Origin: Sphagnum compactum
Taxonomy: Eukaryota
DNA: 64,000 nt
NCBI GenBank assembly: GCA_965153455.1
Contig: OZ234493.1
Coordinates: 33,904,213-33,968,212 of the forward strand
Reading direction: 5' to 3'
Both the position numbers and the translations under genes were made by a program. The notes under the pieces were generated by a model. That model did no database searches and had not been told where the DNA came from. It saw only the letters and a program-made list of their open reading frames with translations. How positions within the stretch are numbered: the stretch's first letter is position 1; each line of letters begins with the position of its first letter. This document shows, piece by piece, positions 49,881 to 61,605 of the stretch.

Positions 49881-52052
49881 AAGCTTTGAACTTGTTTAAT
49901 TTTGCTTATTATTTTTTAATTCTATTTAAAAATCAACATCAAAAAATATTCACAAAAGAATCAATCCATGTGCACTTTCTCCAAGCTCCCCAAGCCTCAA
50001 ATTTCAAACAAATGGAATAGCAAAATATGAAATCACCTCCGGTGCCATGATTTTCCTTATGTTGCAAGTTGTAACTCATTTTTAAACCCTATATAACATG
50101 AAAGTAAAAGGCATTTGTGAACCTCATGTGAAATGAAATGGACATGCGTATATGCTAAACTAGGCAAAATGAACTACACCACTTTAGATGGTGACCAAGA
50201 AACCCTAATGCCCAAAATGCAAAAGATTGGACATTGACCACATGGAGAAGAAGAAGTGTTTTAGAGCAAACATTACTTGTCATCAAACTCTAGTATCCTT
50301 CCCTAAGGTCCACATAAAAGACAAAACCGATAAATCTTTTAGCCAAAAGATTGCAAAAGAATTAGTGTCCAATGTTTTTATCCATGTTGATGGTGTGGAA
50401 CTTGAAGTTCAAGTTGTTAAAACCTCAACCCTAAATCCTAAAAAAAAGTCATGCAATTGGAATGAGAACTATGTCTTGCATTTCATAGAATGGGAACCCA
50501 AGATCTCATCTATATACCACAACCAAGAGTTGCATCCAAGGAAGGAAAGTGAGTTGTGTGAGCTTGGCTCTTGAATTCATATATATTCTCATGTGGTGAA
50601 GACAAAATTTGGGAATATGTGTTTTTATCTTTTTTATCTTTTTTTTTTGGGTTTCAAAAAAATCATATATAATAAAAATATATTATTGCCCCCATAGATA
50701 AAATGTAAGTCATCACATTAGCTTTTAGACTAGGTACATCTTTTTGTGAATACCTAAAACTCTTGGCCTCTTAGAATCTCCAAAACAACCAACCCTTTTG
50801 TTGGGGGCCTTTGGTGAATGTACAATTGGGTCTATAGGAATGTGTTTGTCAAATGAATATTCATCGACTTTAGTACACTCGTGTTATGTATGTATGTGTA
50901 TATAAGGTATTGCAAGTTGCCACCAACCCGACAACAAGTCATGTTGTTCAATGACTTAATGCATAACTAAGAACCCATGTTCTTAAATTTCAACCACCAT
51001 GTCTACATTGCTAAATAGAGGACGTGTTGTGAATGAATACTTGTAAAATTTTTGGAAGATCTACATTGTTGGGAGGCAATGGCTTCAAAACCAAGCCAAC
51101 ACAAAACAACAATTGAAATAGCCCATAGATTCTTTTGAATTTGTTGCAATGAACAAGCACGTAAATGAAATGAAATGAAATCGGTCCATGCAAAATCTAT
51201 ACCTTTAAGTTCTAGAGGTTGAAATGTGGTAGGTTTATAGATTAGGGTAATTGCATAGATTTTCTCTCTATGTCCTCATAATTTTCATGTCCATGGGATA
51301 AGTTGAGGGAGTTGAAGGCCACTTCATCCAACCTCTTCTCCGTTGGGGGATTTCAAATGGACATGGGTGATGATTTATTTTTATTTTGGCGCCCCGATCT
51401 TAGATGTAGGTTGACTAATCATCGCTGGTGTCAGCTGCGAAGCCAGCGTTCAGCCGGCGCACTTGCAGGCAATCAAACTCGCAGGGATTTATTTTTATCT
51501 TTTTTTCAAAAAAAAATCAAAAATCTTATGAGACTTTCTGAGAGTTTTGCAGATGGTGTACTAATCGGGAATTTTCACATAAATTTTGGGTGAATTTTTT
51601 ATCAAGTAAGGGAACATATTAAACCACGAATTGATTAGTGGCTAAATTGATAAGTGGTGAAAATCATAAGTGGGAAGCAAGGGGCTAATCTCGAAACTCA
51701 TTTATGGAAGTGAAAAAGCTTAAAAAACATTGCTCAACAACAAAAGGTTTAGGTTTGGGAATGAACTCACCTCCTTTGAAAGGAAGTTTGATTGATACAT
51801 GTTCTGGGATGCGGAATTCCCTCTGGCAATACAAACCCAATTGAAATTACTTGTATAACAGAATGCCCAAACAACCCTTCCAGTCTTGTATACATCATGC
51901 AGAGTCCAGCCACTGGACAACCATCTCATACAGGAAGGCAAACCCAGCTTGAAAGACATTCTTCTTCTAACACATACCATTCTTTTACATTTGTGCTTCA
52001 GTGGGTTTCATTTGTATCCTTTCCCTCTATCAATACTTCAAACCTTGGGAAT

Positions 52053-55000
52053 CTAGACATGGAAGCTCTGAAGCCTGTTCGTGTCATTGAGCGTGTTTCG
52101 GTACAACCGATCACTGTCACTGATACAATAGAAGTCAGCCAGATACTCAAGGGCCTCTAGGTTTGTGTTACAAACTTTCCACAGACTGTCAAGCTCACCA
52201 GCAGACAACATTCCCCACTCTTGACAAGATTTTAAGAACTGTATCAAGCCTGTGAAAAAGCCGTCGTAGTTCAAAACAAGGAGTGGAACTGGAAACGCAG
52301 ACCCAAGTCGTTTCAGCTGGATTAGTGTCAAGATTTCAAACATTTCATCCAAAGTTCCCACGCCCCCAGGTAGTGACACGTAGGCTGTGCAGTCTGCCTG
52401 TTTATCCCGAACTCCAGCATCTGCAAGGCCGTGCTTGCGAGCTGAGAAGAACCTGTAGAAAAGGATTCCATATGATCTTTTTGCCCTTGTGAATCTATTG
52501 GGTCCTATCTATCAAACAGTTGGTGGAGTGAACTTGATACAGAAATCCAGAAAAGATGCAAGCAGGAGAGTGAATTGGGTCGCTAAGGAACATTGAATCT
52601 TTGAAAACCTTGATCAACACACATATAGACAGAAACTTGTCTCAATAGCATCAAAGGAGTTGATTTTGGTATGAAGTCAATAGCCAAGTAGTAGGCGTCA
52701 GGGCAACTTTGTGTGGTGCAATCAATCATTAAAACCCCAGCTATGTTCATGCTATATGTCCAAACATAAGTATCAAGTTATAGCTATAACAAGGTGCCAT
52801 GAGCAAATATAGATAGGGTTTAGGGTTTAGCTATAAGTAATCAAGGTTTAGTGCTATAACATGTGTATTGAGCAAATATAGATCGTTCTTCTTCTCAGTA
52901 CATTCCACACTTCCATCAGCATTAGCATTTGCTCTAGCATGTAAGAAGAGATATTGCTCAAAGGGAAACAAGAAACACAATGCTCATTTTCTGAATTAGC
53001 ATGAGAAGTACTAAGTTTTAGAGACACAAAACAGCAATGGATAAAAAGTTGGCAGAAGGAAACACCGGTGACTCACCGGCAAGTCAGATAAGTGTGATCA
53101 GAGAGGTAGGGGTGAACACAGGAATTGGTCCAGGTGCCACCCTCATTTGAGATTTTGAACCCACCCACAGGTTTGTGGGCTTGTAATGCACCTTGAGTGA
53201 CTGCATCCATCATGCCTGGCCCCACCCCTGTCCATGACGTGCAGTTGAGCAGTAGAGCCACCTGCACCCCCGCCACTCTCTTCCTCCTCTCAGCCCATCA
53301 TTCCTATTTGCCTACATTTTGTATCCTTGGACAAATCATCCAATGGGCACCTGATTGGCTATTACACATACAAAATTTGGAATGTGTCTCATGCTACATC
53401 ACAAGCTATCATTTGTTATGTTGCAAATACTGGCAGCATCAACTATCAAATACCAAGCCACTGCACAACTATAGGGCATTCGCTTTGAGATCAGGAGAGT
53501 TCAGAGCCTGTCAGACTTCTGCTTACAGAACCCAGTTGCCCACAACTTTGTCAAGCATGATCAACCAGATTGTGCAACCCGGACATCACCATATCATTAG
53601 CTGCTTGATTTGAACTTATGAAGAAAGATTAGTGGAATCAAAAAGTCACATCTCAGGACTCACACAGCACAATAGTTCCAGAAACAATTCAAAGACACAT
53701 AATGAGATGGCAGGACAGCCATGTAACCCTACTTGCCAAAGTGCCAGGTAATAACTTAGAGGACTTACTTCCCGTCCCAGCTCCATGGCCTGTAAGTAAT
53801 GAGGGTGGTCTGCTTTTGTTCGCGAAGATCCAAAATACACAACACCCTTCCCAAGCTTCTGCACTAGTGCATAGCACTCCAGAATCTCTTTCCGCACCTG
53901 CAAAGTGTCAGTGTACACCAAGGTATACAGGTCAATAGGCACCAAACTTCAGTGTAAGAAGTAATGTGGTCATTGCCATAACAGTGGAACAACTGGCTCA
54001 TCACATAATGGCTCTGCCCTTTAAATGGCATCCATAAAGATGATAAAAATTTGAACATACTAAATTGGAAACACATGATGATTAGCAAGGTGAAGCCCTG
54101 AGTAGATCCTTCAGTTATGCTGGAAATGTTTCATTAGTGCACTCCACATGAACCTAGAATGTAGGGATACCAAACTGTTGCTCGTTTCTGGGTGCATCAC
54201 AATGTCTCTACCCTCATAGAAGGGCAGAGCCAATAAAGCTCACATTGCAACCTCTCATGTAGTCAAATAGGACTAGTCATAGATCCATGTTTTTTTGGAG
54301 CAGTGCAAATAAAACTTAGGCATAAATCCATGCTTTTGGCTTAGTGCAAATAGGACTAATCATAGATCCACATTTTTGGCATGGTGCAAATGTGACTAGT
54401 CATAGATTCACGCTTTTGGCATACTGCAAATAAGACTAGTCATAGATCCACATTTTTGACATAATGCAAATGTGACTAGTCATAGATTCACACTTCTGGC
54501 ATGGTGCAAATAAGACTCATCATAGATCTGCATTTTTAGCACAGTGCAAAGAAGTCTAGTCAGAGATCCGTGTTCTTGGTGTAGTGCAAATGTGACTAGT
54601 CATAGATCCACATTTTTGGCATAGAATGTGACTGGTCATGGATCCAGGTTTTTGGCATAGTGCAAATGCGACTATTCATAGATTCATGTTTTTGGCATAG
54701 TTTTTTGCAGAGTGCAAATAGGACTAGTCATAGATCCATGTTTTTGGCATAGTAGTGCACAACCGAACTAAAGTGTGGGCAATGTTCTGATACCTCATCA
54801 GCACTTGTTCGTGTGCGTAGCTCGTCATTGTATGCTGGGGGCATGCTATCACCACTCCCCTTTGATTGCAGGACAATTGACTCCCCTCTTTTCAGGCAAG
54901 AAGAAGATGAAGCAGCAGCAGCAGCAGCAAATGAAAATCCTTGTTTGAATCCCCCATCCACACTTTGTTTTAGGTCATGAGAATTACAACACCTGGTGAA

Positions 55001-55216
55001 GAAGATTGGCCTGAAAGAGGAGGAGGAGGGCCAAGCTTGATGATGAACTTGAGAAGAGGAGCACCTGGTGCAGAGCTCTAGGTGGTCAATCACCATCATC
55101 ATCTTTTCTCCTGAATTTTGCATTTGCTTGCTGCTGCTGAGGGTAATACTACTACTCCCTTGAGAACAAACTTCAGAAGAGAACACTAGAGGTGCACAAC
55201 AATAAGAAGAAGTCAT
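52053..55216 (-). CDS. LOG-like protein (lysine-decarboxylase/phosphoribohydrolase family) with putative plastid transit peptide; exons 55216-54794, 53897-53769, 53261-53077, 52452-52053
   Basis: GVVYFGSSR, WTGVGPGMMDAV, CRFFSARKHGL and the family motif PGGVGTLDE. Ser-rich N-terminus; GT-AG introns keep the frame. Confidence 0.88.
54262..54760. repeat. Minisatellite, ~12 degenerate copies of a 40-bp unit, in intron 1 of the LOG-like gene
   Basis: Consensus approximately GTGCAAATAGGACTAGTCATAGATCCACATTTTTGGCATA, repeated head-to-tail with no unique spacers. Confidence 0.92.
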
Positions 55217-55458
55217 GGTTTTTCAAGCTTTCAGTGCTGCACCTGCTGCTTGCTGCTGCTGCTGCACACATGGGAAAACACCAGTCAGCCAGCCAGGCGC
55301 CCACACCTTCCGCTCAAAAGGCCAAAAAAAAAAAAAAAAAGGCCCCTCTACAACGCTTCTCTCAGAAACTTAGTTCTCGCATACACTAGGGCTTTCAAAT
55401 CCTAGGGTTTCTGTCATTACACTAGTGTTTCTCTAGGAGAGAGAGGAGGAGCTATGGA
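55217..55458. promoter_or_regulatory. Putative bidirectional promoter between the divergent LOG-like and PPR genes
   Basis: Only 242 bp separate the two divergent ATGs; contains a telo-box (TAGGGTTT, 55403-55410) and GGCCC/GCCCA site-II-like motifs. Confidence 0.55.
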
Positions 55459-58418
55459 ATGAACATCATGGCCATGCGACAATCTGCAGTACTACATCTA
55501 TCGCGCCTTTTCCTCGGTGAGTTTGAGCCTTGAGAATGATGATGATTGTTTCTTGTCTTTTGAAATGTTGGTTCTCTTTCTTTCTTCTCCATGGTTTCGA
55601 GAAAATCTGCTTCAAGAATTAGGGTTAAGCAACCAAGCAATCTCTCTCTCTCTCTCTCAAATCTTTGCAAACTATGAAACATGTCTCATGAGGCCAGTCA
55701 ATTGAACTATCTTGCATTTGGCAGGTTTTGCAAGGTTGCACAAAACCCTAGCCTCTTCTGCAAGAAGAGGAGATCATCATCATCTTCTTCCAGTAACCAA
55801 ACCAATTCCATTATTGTCAGGTGAGCAGCAGGTGTTTTTTTGTGTGTTTCTGTATGTGTATGAATGTTGAAGACTCCAAATCATTTTATTTTATTTTGTT
55901 TTTTTTTTCACAAAGGGTTGTTTTGTTTTGTTGGGTTGTGCAAAATCTTTATCAACTTGAACCCTAGCTATCCATCATCCCTTCTGCAAGAAAGATGGCA
56001 CAGAAAGTCCCAACCCAAGGAATTCTCTCTTTATTTCTTAGGGTGGTTTGTTGTTGTTTATTCACCAGTTTTGTGTGGTTTGATGGCAGACCAGAAAAGG
56101 ATTGTTGAGAAACTTTGGCAGGAGCTTTTTGCAGATCCTTCACAGTGGTGGGATCACAGGCCAGAGAAGGTACCCAATTGAAAACAACCCCACTGAGCTG
56201 CAAATATCTTGGGTGATTTGACGCAGGAAGAAGTTGGTACATCATCCATTCTTTCTTGTCTAGGTCATGAATTGCTCTGGGTCTTTTACCCCAGGCCTGT
56301 GAGGAATGCAAAAGCTGATCACCTGCATTTGGATATATATTCTGATCTCAGGGAAATGTGAGGTATCCGGATTTTAAACACAAGAAGACACAGGAGGCAC
56401 TTTGGCTCAATGGAAGTTTCACCCCACAATGGGTGGAAGCAAAGCTTGCAGCATTGGCACCAGGGACTGTACAATTAAGCAATTTCCAATGGAATGTTAA
56501 GCTTGCAAGGTATGTCAAGTCAGGGCACTATGAGAAGACCTTGGAGCTCTTTGAGCAAATGCTTCAAGAAGGCATGCTTCCTGACAAGTTCACTTTTGTG
56601 CCAGTGCTCAATGCATGTGCTAGTTTGCAAGCACTTGATAAGGGCAGATCCATCCATGCCCAGATCCTGACAAGTGGGTTTGAGTCAGATGTTTACATGG
56701 GTAATAGCCTTGTGGATATGTATTCCAAATGTGGGAGCATCGACGATGCTTGGAGAGTGTTCAGCAAGATGCCTACACGTGGTGCAGTTGCTTGGAGTGC
56801 TATAATTTTGGGACATGTGAAATGTGGACAAGGGCATAAGGCATTAGCATTGTCTCAACAAATGCAACAGGAAGGGGTGGATCCAGACCCTGTCACTTTC
56901 GTGGGGATTTTGAACGCATGTGCCAGTGTTGCAGCTCTTGAAGAGGGCAGAAATGTTCATGATCATATCATTCGGAGTGGTTGTGAGTCTAATGTGTTTG
57001 TGGGCAGTAGCCTCATTGACATGTATGCCAAATGTGGGAAGTCGGAGGAAGCACAAAGAGTGTTTGACAGGATGCCAATCCGCAATGTGGTCTCTTGGAA
57101 TGCTATGATTGTGGGACATGTGAAATGTGGATATGGGCGGAAGGCCCTGGAAATATATCAACAAATGCAACTGGAAGGGGTGGAACCAAATGCTTTCACC
57201 TTTGTGGCGATTCTCAATGCATGTGCCAGTGTAGGGGAACTTGAAGAAGGTAGGCGTGTGCATAAGCAGATTATTCACAGTGGATGTGAGTCTGACATTT
57301 TTGTCAGCAATAGCCTCATTGACATGTATGCCAAATGTGGGTGTATAGAGGATTCTTGTAGGGTGTTCAGCACAATGCGTATACGTGATGTGTTTGCTTG
57401 GAGTGCCATGATTCTGGGATATGTCAGATGTGGCCAAGGGGCAAAGGCATTGGAACTATTTCGACAAATGCAACTGGAGAGAGTGAAGCCAGACCCTGTC
57501 ATCTTTGTGGCAGTGTTGAATGCATGTGCTAGTGTAATGGCACTTCCTGAAGGAAAGAGAATTCATGATCAGATCATTCAGAATGGCTGTGAGTCTGAGA
57601 TCTTTGTGGCTAGTAGCCTTGTTGACATGTATGCTAAATGTGGAAGCATAGAGGATGCACAAAGGGTGTTTGACAGGATGTCCACACGCAATGTGGTCGC
57701 TTGGAATGCCATGATCCTGGGACATGTGAAATGTGGGCAAGGGCAGAAGGCATTAACATTGTTTCAACAAATGCAACAGGAAGGGGTGCAGCCAGATGCT
57801 GCCACTTTTGTGGGGGCCCTAAATGCATGTGCCAGTGTAGTGGCACTTGAAGAAGGTCAGCATGTTCACAAACAGATCATTGAAAATGGTTTTCAGTCTG
57901 ACATCTCTGTAAGCAGTAGCCTCATTGACATGTATGCCAAATGTGGGAGCATAGAAGATGCACAGAATGTGTTCAACGGTATGGCAACACGTAATGTGGT
58001 TTCATGGACAGCCATGCTAGGATGCTATGCAATGCATGGGCATGGTAAGGAAGCTCTTGGACACTTTGAACAGATGTGTCAAGAAGAAGTTGAGATGGAT
58101 CAAGTCACTTTTGTTGCTCTTTTGTCAGCTTGTAGCCATGCCGGCCTAGTGGATGAAGGTTGGCGCTACTTTGAATCCATGGGTCTGGTTCACAGTATTT
58201 CTGCAACAGTGGAGCATTATGCCTGCATGGTTGATCTTCTTGGCCGTGCTGGTCATCTGCAGGAGGCAGAAGATTTCATCAATACAATGTCCTTCAAACC
58301 CAGTGCTTCTGTTTGGAGGGCCTTGCTGTGTGCTTGCAGAAATCATGGTAATGTGGAGATGGGAGAATCCATAGCAAAAAAAATTCCTGACATTGGACCC
58401 TGGGAACGCTACTATTGA
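55459..58418 (+). CDS. PLS-class PPR protein with N-terminal transit-like peptide and OSB-type PDF motif, truncated in the E region; exons 55459-55516, 55725-55820, 56069-56169, 56352-58418
   Basis: In-frame splicing gives MNIMAMRQSAVLHLSRLFLGFARLHKTLASSARR...LWQELFADPSQWWDHRPEK|GNVRYPDFKHKKTQEALWL...PQWV. Five P-L-S triplets follow with an exact 303-bp period (DMY.KCG at 56715, 57018, 57321, 57624, 57927), then P2-L2-S2 (LLSACSHAGLVDEG, HYACMVDLLGRAG) and the start of E1. Confidence 0.88.
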
Positions 58419-58960
58419 TCTGAGTCTATCAAACATCTATGCGGCCACTGGCAAGTGCAAACTCAGTGCTGACGGTCAACAACCAAGATTGGAAAGAGCT
58501 TTGTAGAAACAGCTCACAGTGTACTTGATTTGAAGTATATAATGAGGTGCATACATTTGCAATAATGGATGATGAAAGGCCATCCTCACATGAGTGAAAT
58601 CCACAGAGAACAAAAGCGACTATCCAGATATATGAAGAATGCCAGATATGTGTGAGATGTGAATTCTGGGCTGCATGATGTGACGGAAGGAGAAAAAAGG
58701 TGTCTCATTGGTGTCACCACGTCAAGAAGCTGGTCATTGCATTTGGGCTATGAACACACACACCCTTCTGCTACAACAGTCCACAATCTCAAGAATCAAT
58801 GGGTATGAGATGACTACCCACAATTGCATCAAGCCCCAATTTTCTCAAAGCTTTTGTCTCAAAGATAGTTGAGAGATCACTCATAGTAAGAGATGTGAAT
58901 TGGGTTCCATGACCATGCAGATCGACTTTTGTTCTTGCAGAGGCGTGTTCCAGCGATGAG
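58376..58960 (+). pseudogene. Decayed E2/DYW deaminase domain downstream of the PPR stop codon
   Basis: Out-of-frame remnants: LDPGNAT...LSNIYAATGK, CT*FEVYNEVHTF, HPHMSEIH, YV*D..LHDV, CHHVKKLVIAFGL*, KNQWV*DD, FVSKIVERSLIVRDVN, CSCR. Confidence 0.88.
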
Positions 58961-60129
58961 CAGTATTTTCTCAACAGCACCATTAGTTTAATTTTTGTTT
59001 AATGAAATTGAGTCTCTCAACTATACCTGCGAGTCTCTCAAATGTGAAGAGTCTCCGTGATAAGAAAAACATGTACAATACACAATTACATCTCTCAACA
59101 TTTGATACATAATTCACGAAAATTCCAGTTATACTAGTTGGAAACATGTTTGTCTTTTTTCTTTTTGCAATTTTGTGAGATAGCTACTACACTGGTGAGG
59201 ATCATCCACAAGAGGAATTAGCCAAATTTGGAGATGGGTGAGAGAGGAAAGTGGAAAAAATTTAAGAATCGTTCTATCTTTTGGAGACTTGCTGCATAAT
59301 AGTAAAAGAGATGAAGGTTTATCGATTTTGTAATTATTTTTATAAAAGATAATTTTTTTTATATAATCATTTTAAAATAAATTACAAAATGTAGACTAAT
59401 AATCAAATGAATCTTCAAATTTGTAAATTTTATTATCATTTTTTTAAGCTTCCCTTTGTATGAGAAAGAGGTAAGAATAATAGTAAAGAAGGTGGAAGTT
59501 TTATAATCCATTTAATTATTATTTTTAGAAAAAAGAAAAATAATAATAAGCATTTGAATTTTTATTTTTTTTGGAATGTACTCTAGTTAGTTAATTGAAA
59601 TTTTTTTAAAATTCTAATTTTAATTAAGGTTTCATTTTGAAAGGGAAAGTTTCAAAGGGTATGTGATAAAGAGATAAAAGACAATGGTAAAAGAGGTGGA
59701 GATTTTTGAAACCATAGTAGGTATAATACTTTTATACCACACTAACATCTTCTTGATGAATTTTTTTTTTTTTTCATTTATTTTTTCATTTTAGCAATAT
59801 TTTTTTAAAAATCTTGAAGTTCCTACATTTTAGATGAGGAAAAAAAAAATGTCAATTTTTTTTGCATTATTTAGGAACAAAATTGCAATTTAAAGGAAAA
59901 AATAACATTTATTGAAAATATTTTTAACTATTGCTGAAATGATAATAAAGATATTATTACAATATTTGCAAAATAAAGGTTTTTTTTTTAAAAAGTAAGT
60001 GGGTAGGGGAGAGGAGTGAGGTAGCTAGGCTTGGAGCAAGTAGTGTGGATGGCATATACATACATACATACATATATACATACATAATGACAAGAATTAT
60101 GTGACTATGTCACCACAAGGGGTGGGTCA

Positions 60130-60480
60130 CAACTGTAGCCTTGCCATTTACATTAAAAAGTATTATCTTATTTAAGGCAAAAGAAAAAGAATATTATGGA
60201 AACTCAAACATTTCACCATGTAAAAATATATTAATCTTCAAAAACTCCTCCAAAGGAAACCCAAAATCTTTCAAGATATTATTATAACTCTATAAAATAA
60301 CTAATCTCTTAAGTTTCAACACAAGCCAAAATATATCATCTTTCAAAAAAAAAATCCTCATATAAAAATAGACTTATAATTAATTACCTCGGGGCTATTA
60401 AAATCCATTAAGCTATTATATTTTATAATGAATCTAAATGCAGTATTATCCTTTTGCCTCGGTAGGCCAAGGCCAACAAA
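60130..60480 (-). mobile_element. Dispersed element (family B), contiguous copy, ending near GCCTCGGTAGGCCAAGGCC
   Basis: Reverse-complement match to 48690-48970 and 49790-49880. Confidence 0.72.
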
Positions 60481-60533
60481 GGTAATAAAAATAAGGAAAT
60501 ATAAAGTAGAAAATAATAAAATTTACTACCAGT

Positions 60534-61027
60534 TTATTATTACAAAATGTGGGTGTAGTTCACTAGACCAATGCTTATTATTACAAAATGCGGGTGCAGT
60601 TCACTAGACCAATGCTTTTTATTACAAAATGGGGGTGCAATTCACTAGACCAATGCTTATTATTACAAAATGTGGGTGCAGTTCACTAAACCAATGCTTA
60701 TTATTACAAAATGCGGGTGCAATTCATTAGACCAATGCTTTTTATTACAAAATGTGGGTGCAGTTCACTATATCAATGCTTATTATTACAAAATGTGGGT
60801 GCAGTTCACTAGACCAATGCTTATTATTACAAAATGTGGGTGCAGTTCACTAGACCAATGCTTACTACTACAAAATGTGAGTGCAGTTCATTAGACCAAT
60901 GCTTATTACTACAAAATGTGAGTGCACTTCACTAGACCAATGCTTATTATTACAAAATGTGGGTGCAGTTCACTAGACCACCAATGCTTATTATTACAAA
61001 ATGTGGGTGCAGTTTACTAGACCAATG
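60534..61027. repeat. Minisatellite, ~12 highly similar copies of a 41-bp unit
   Basis: Unit TTATTATTACAAAATGTGGGTGCAGTTCACTAGACCAATGC, head-to-tail with period 41 (TACAAAAT at 60541, 60582, 60623, 60664...), no spacers. Confidence 0.95.
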
Positions 61028-61605
61028 AATTCACACTTCTCATTAATCCTTATTCATTACGACTCGTGAATTCGCTCAAAATTCAGTGAAATCACTTGAC
61101 ACACAAAGACACCTTTTATTTTATTGTAATGTGCGTAAAGACTTCCAATTTAGTGTTAAACAAGGATTAACAAAACCCTAAAGACAATTAATCAAAACCA
61201 TCCAAAGGGTCAAGAGCAACTTTACATTTTCTTTTTTTCTAAATGCCCCGCCCTTCGTAGACGAAAAATTCCATGCAAATAAGGCGGCGGTTCTTTGATT
61301 GGGCAGGATTGGAAGAACCGGAACCGGGGGGGAGGGTTCTTTGAAAATTCAAGGAACCGCCGGCCAGTGCTGACCCTAGTACGACTATGACGAGCCGGGC
61401 GGGAAACGGCGAAGCGACCAAACCAAAGCGGCGCGCAGAAACGGAAAACGGAAGAATGTTTTTTTTGTGCAGATCGATGCGCTTCGTCTGCCATCACCGC
61501 CACGGGCGGGCTTGCGCGACGATTTCCTGCTTTTCCTCGTCGGTGATACGTACCTATCAGCGGAGTGCCAGTCTGCTGCCGCATGGTGTTCCATTCTTGG
61601 AAGCA

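Noticed and set aside
50100-51330. Faint resemblance to decayed LINE ORF1 or PIF1/Helitron helicase fragments
   Set aside because: Similarity is too weak and interrupted to call without a translated search.
54262-54760. CRISPR-like appearance of the 40-bp array
   Set aside because: Variation is scattered point mutation across whole units rather than repeat-spacer alternation, and the array is intronic.
56844-58436. Antisense ORFs over the PPR gene (and similar ones over CPL, P4H and the 5-phosphatase)
   Set aside because: Shadow ORFs of real coding sequence with no independent protein features.
60534-61027. CRISPR-like appearance of the 41-bp array
   Set aside because: Units are directly adjacent with no unique spacers, there are no cas genes, and the context is eukaryotic.
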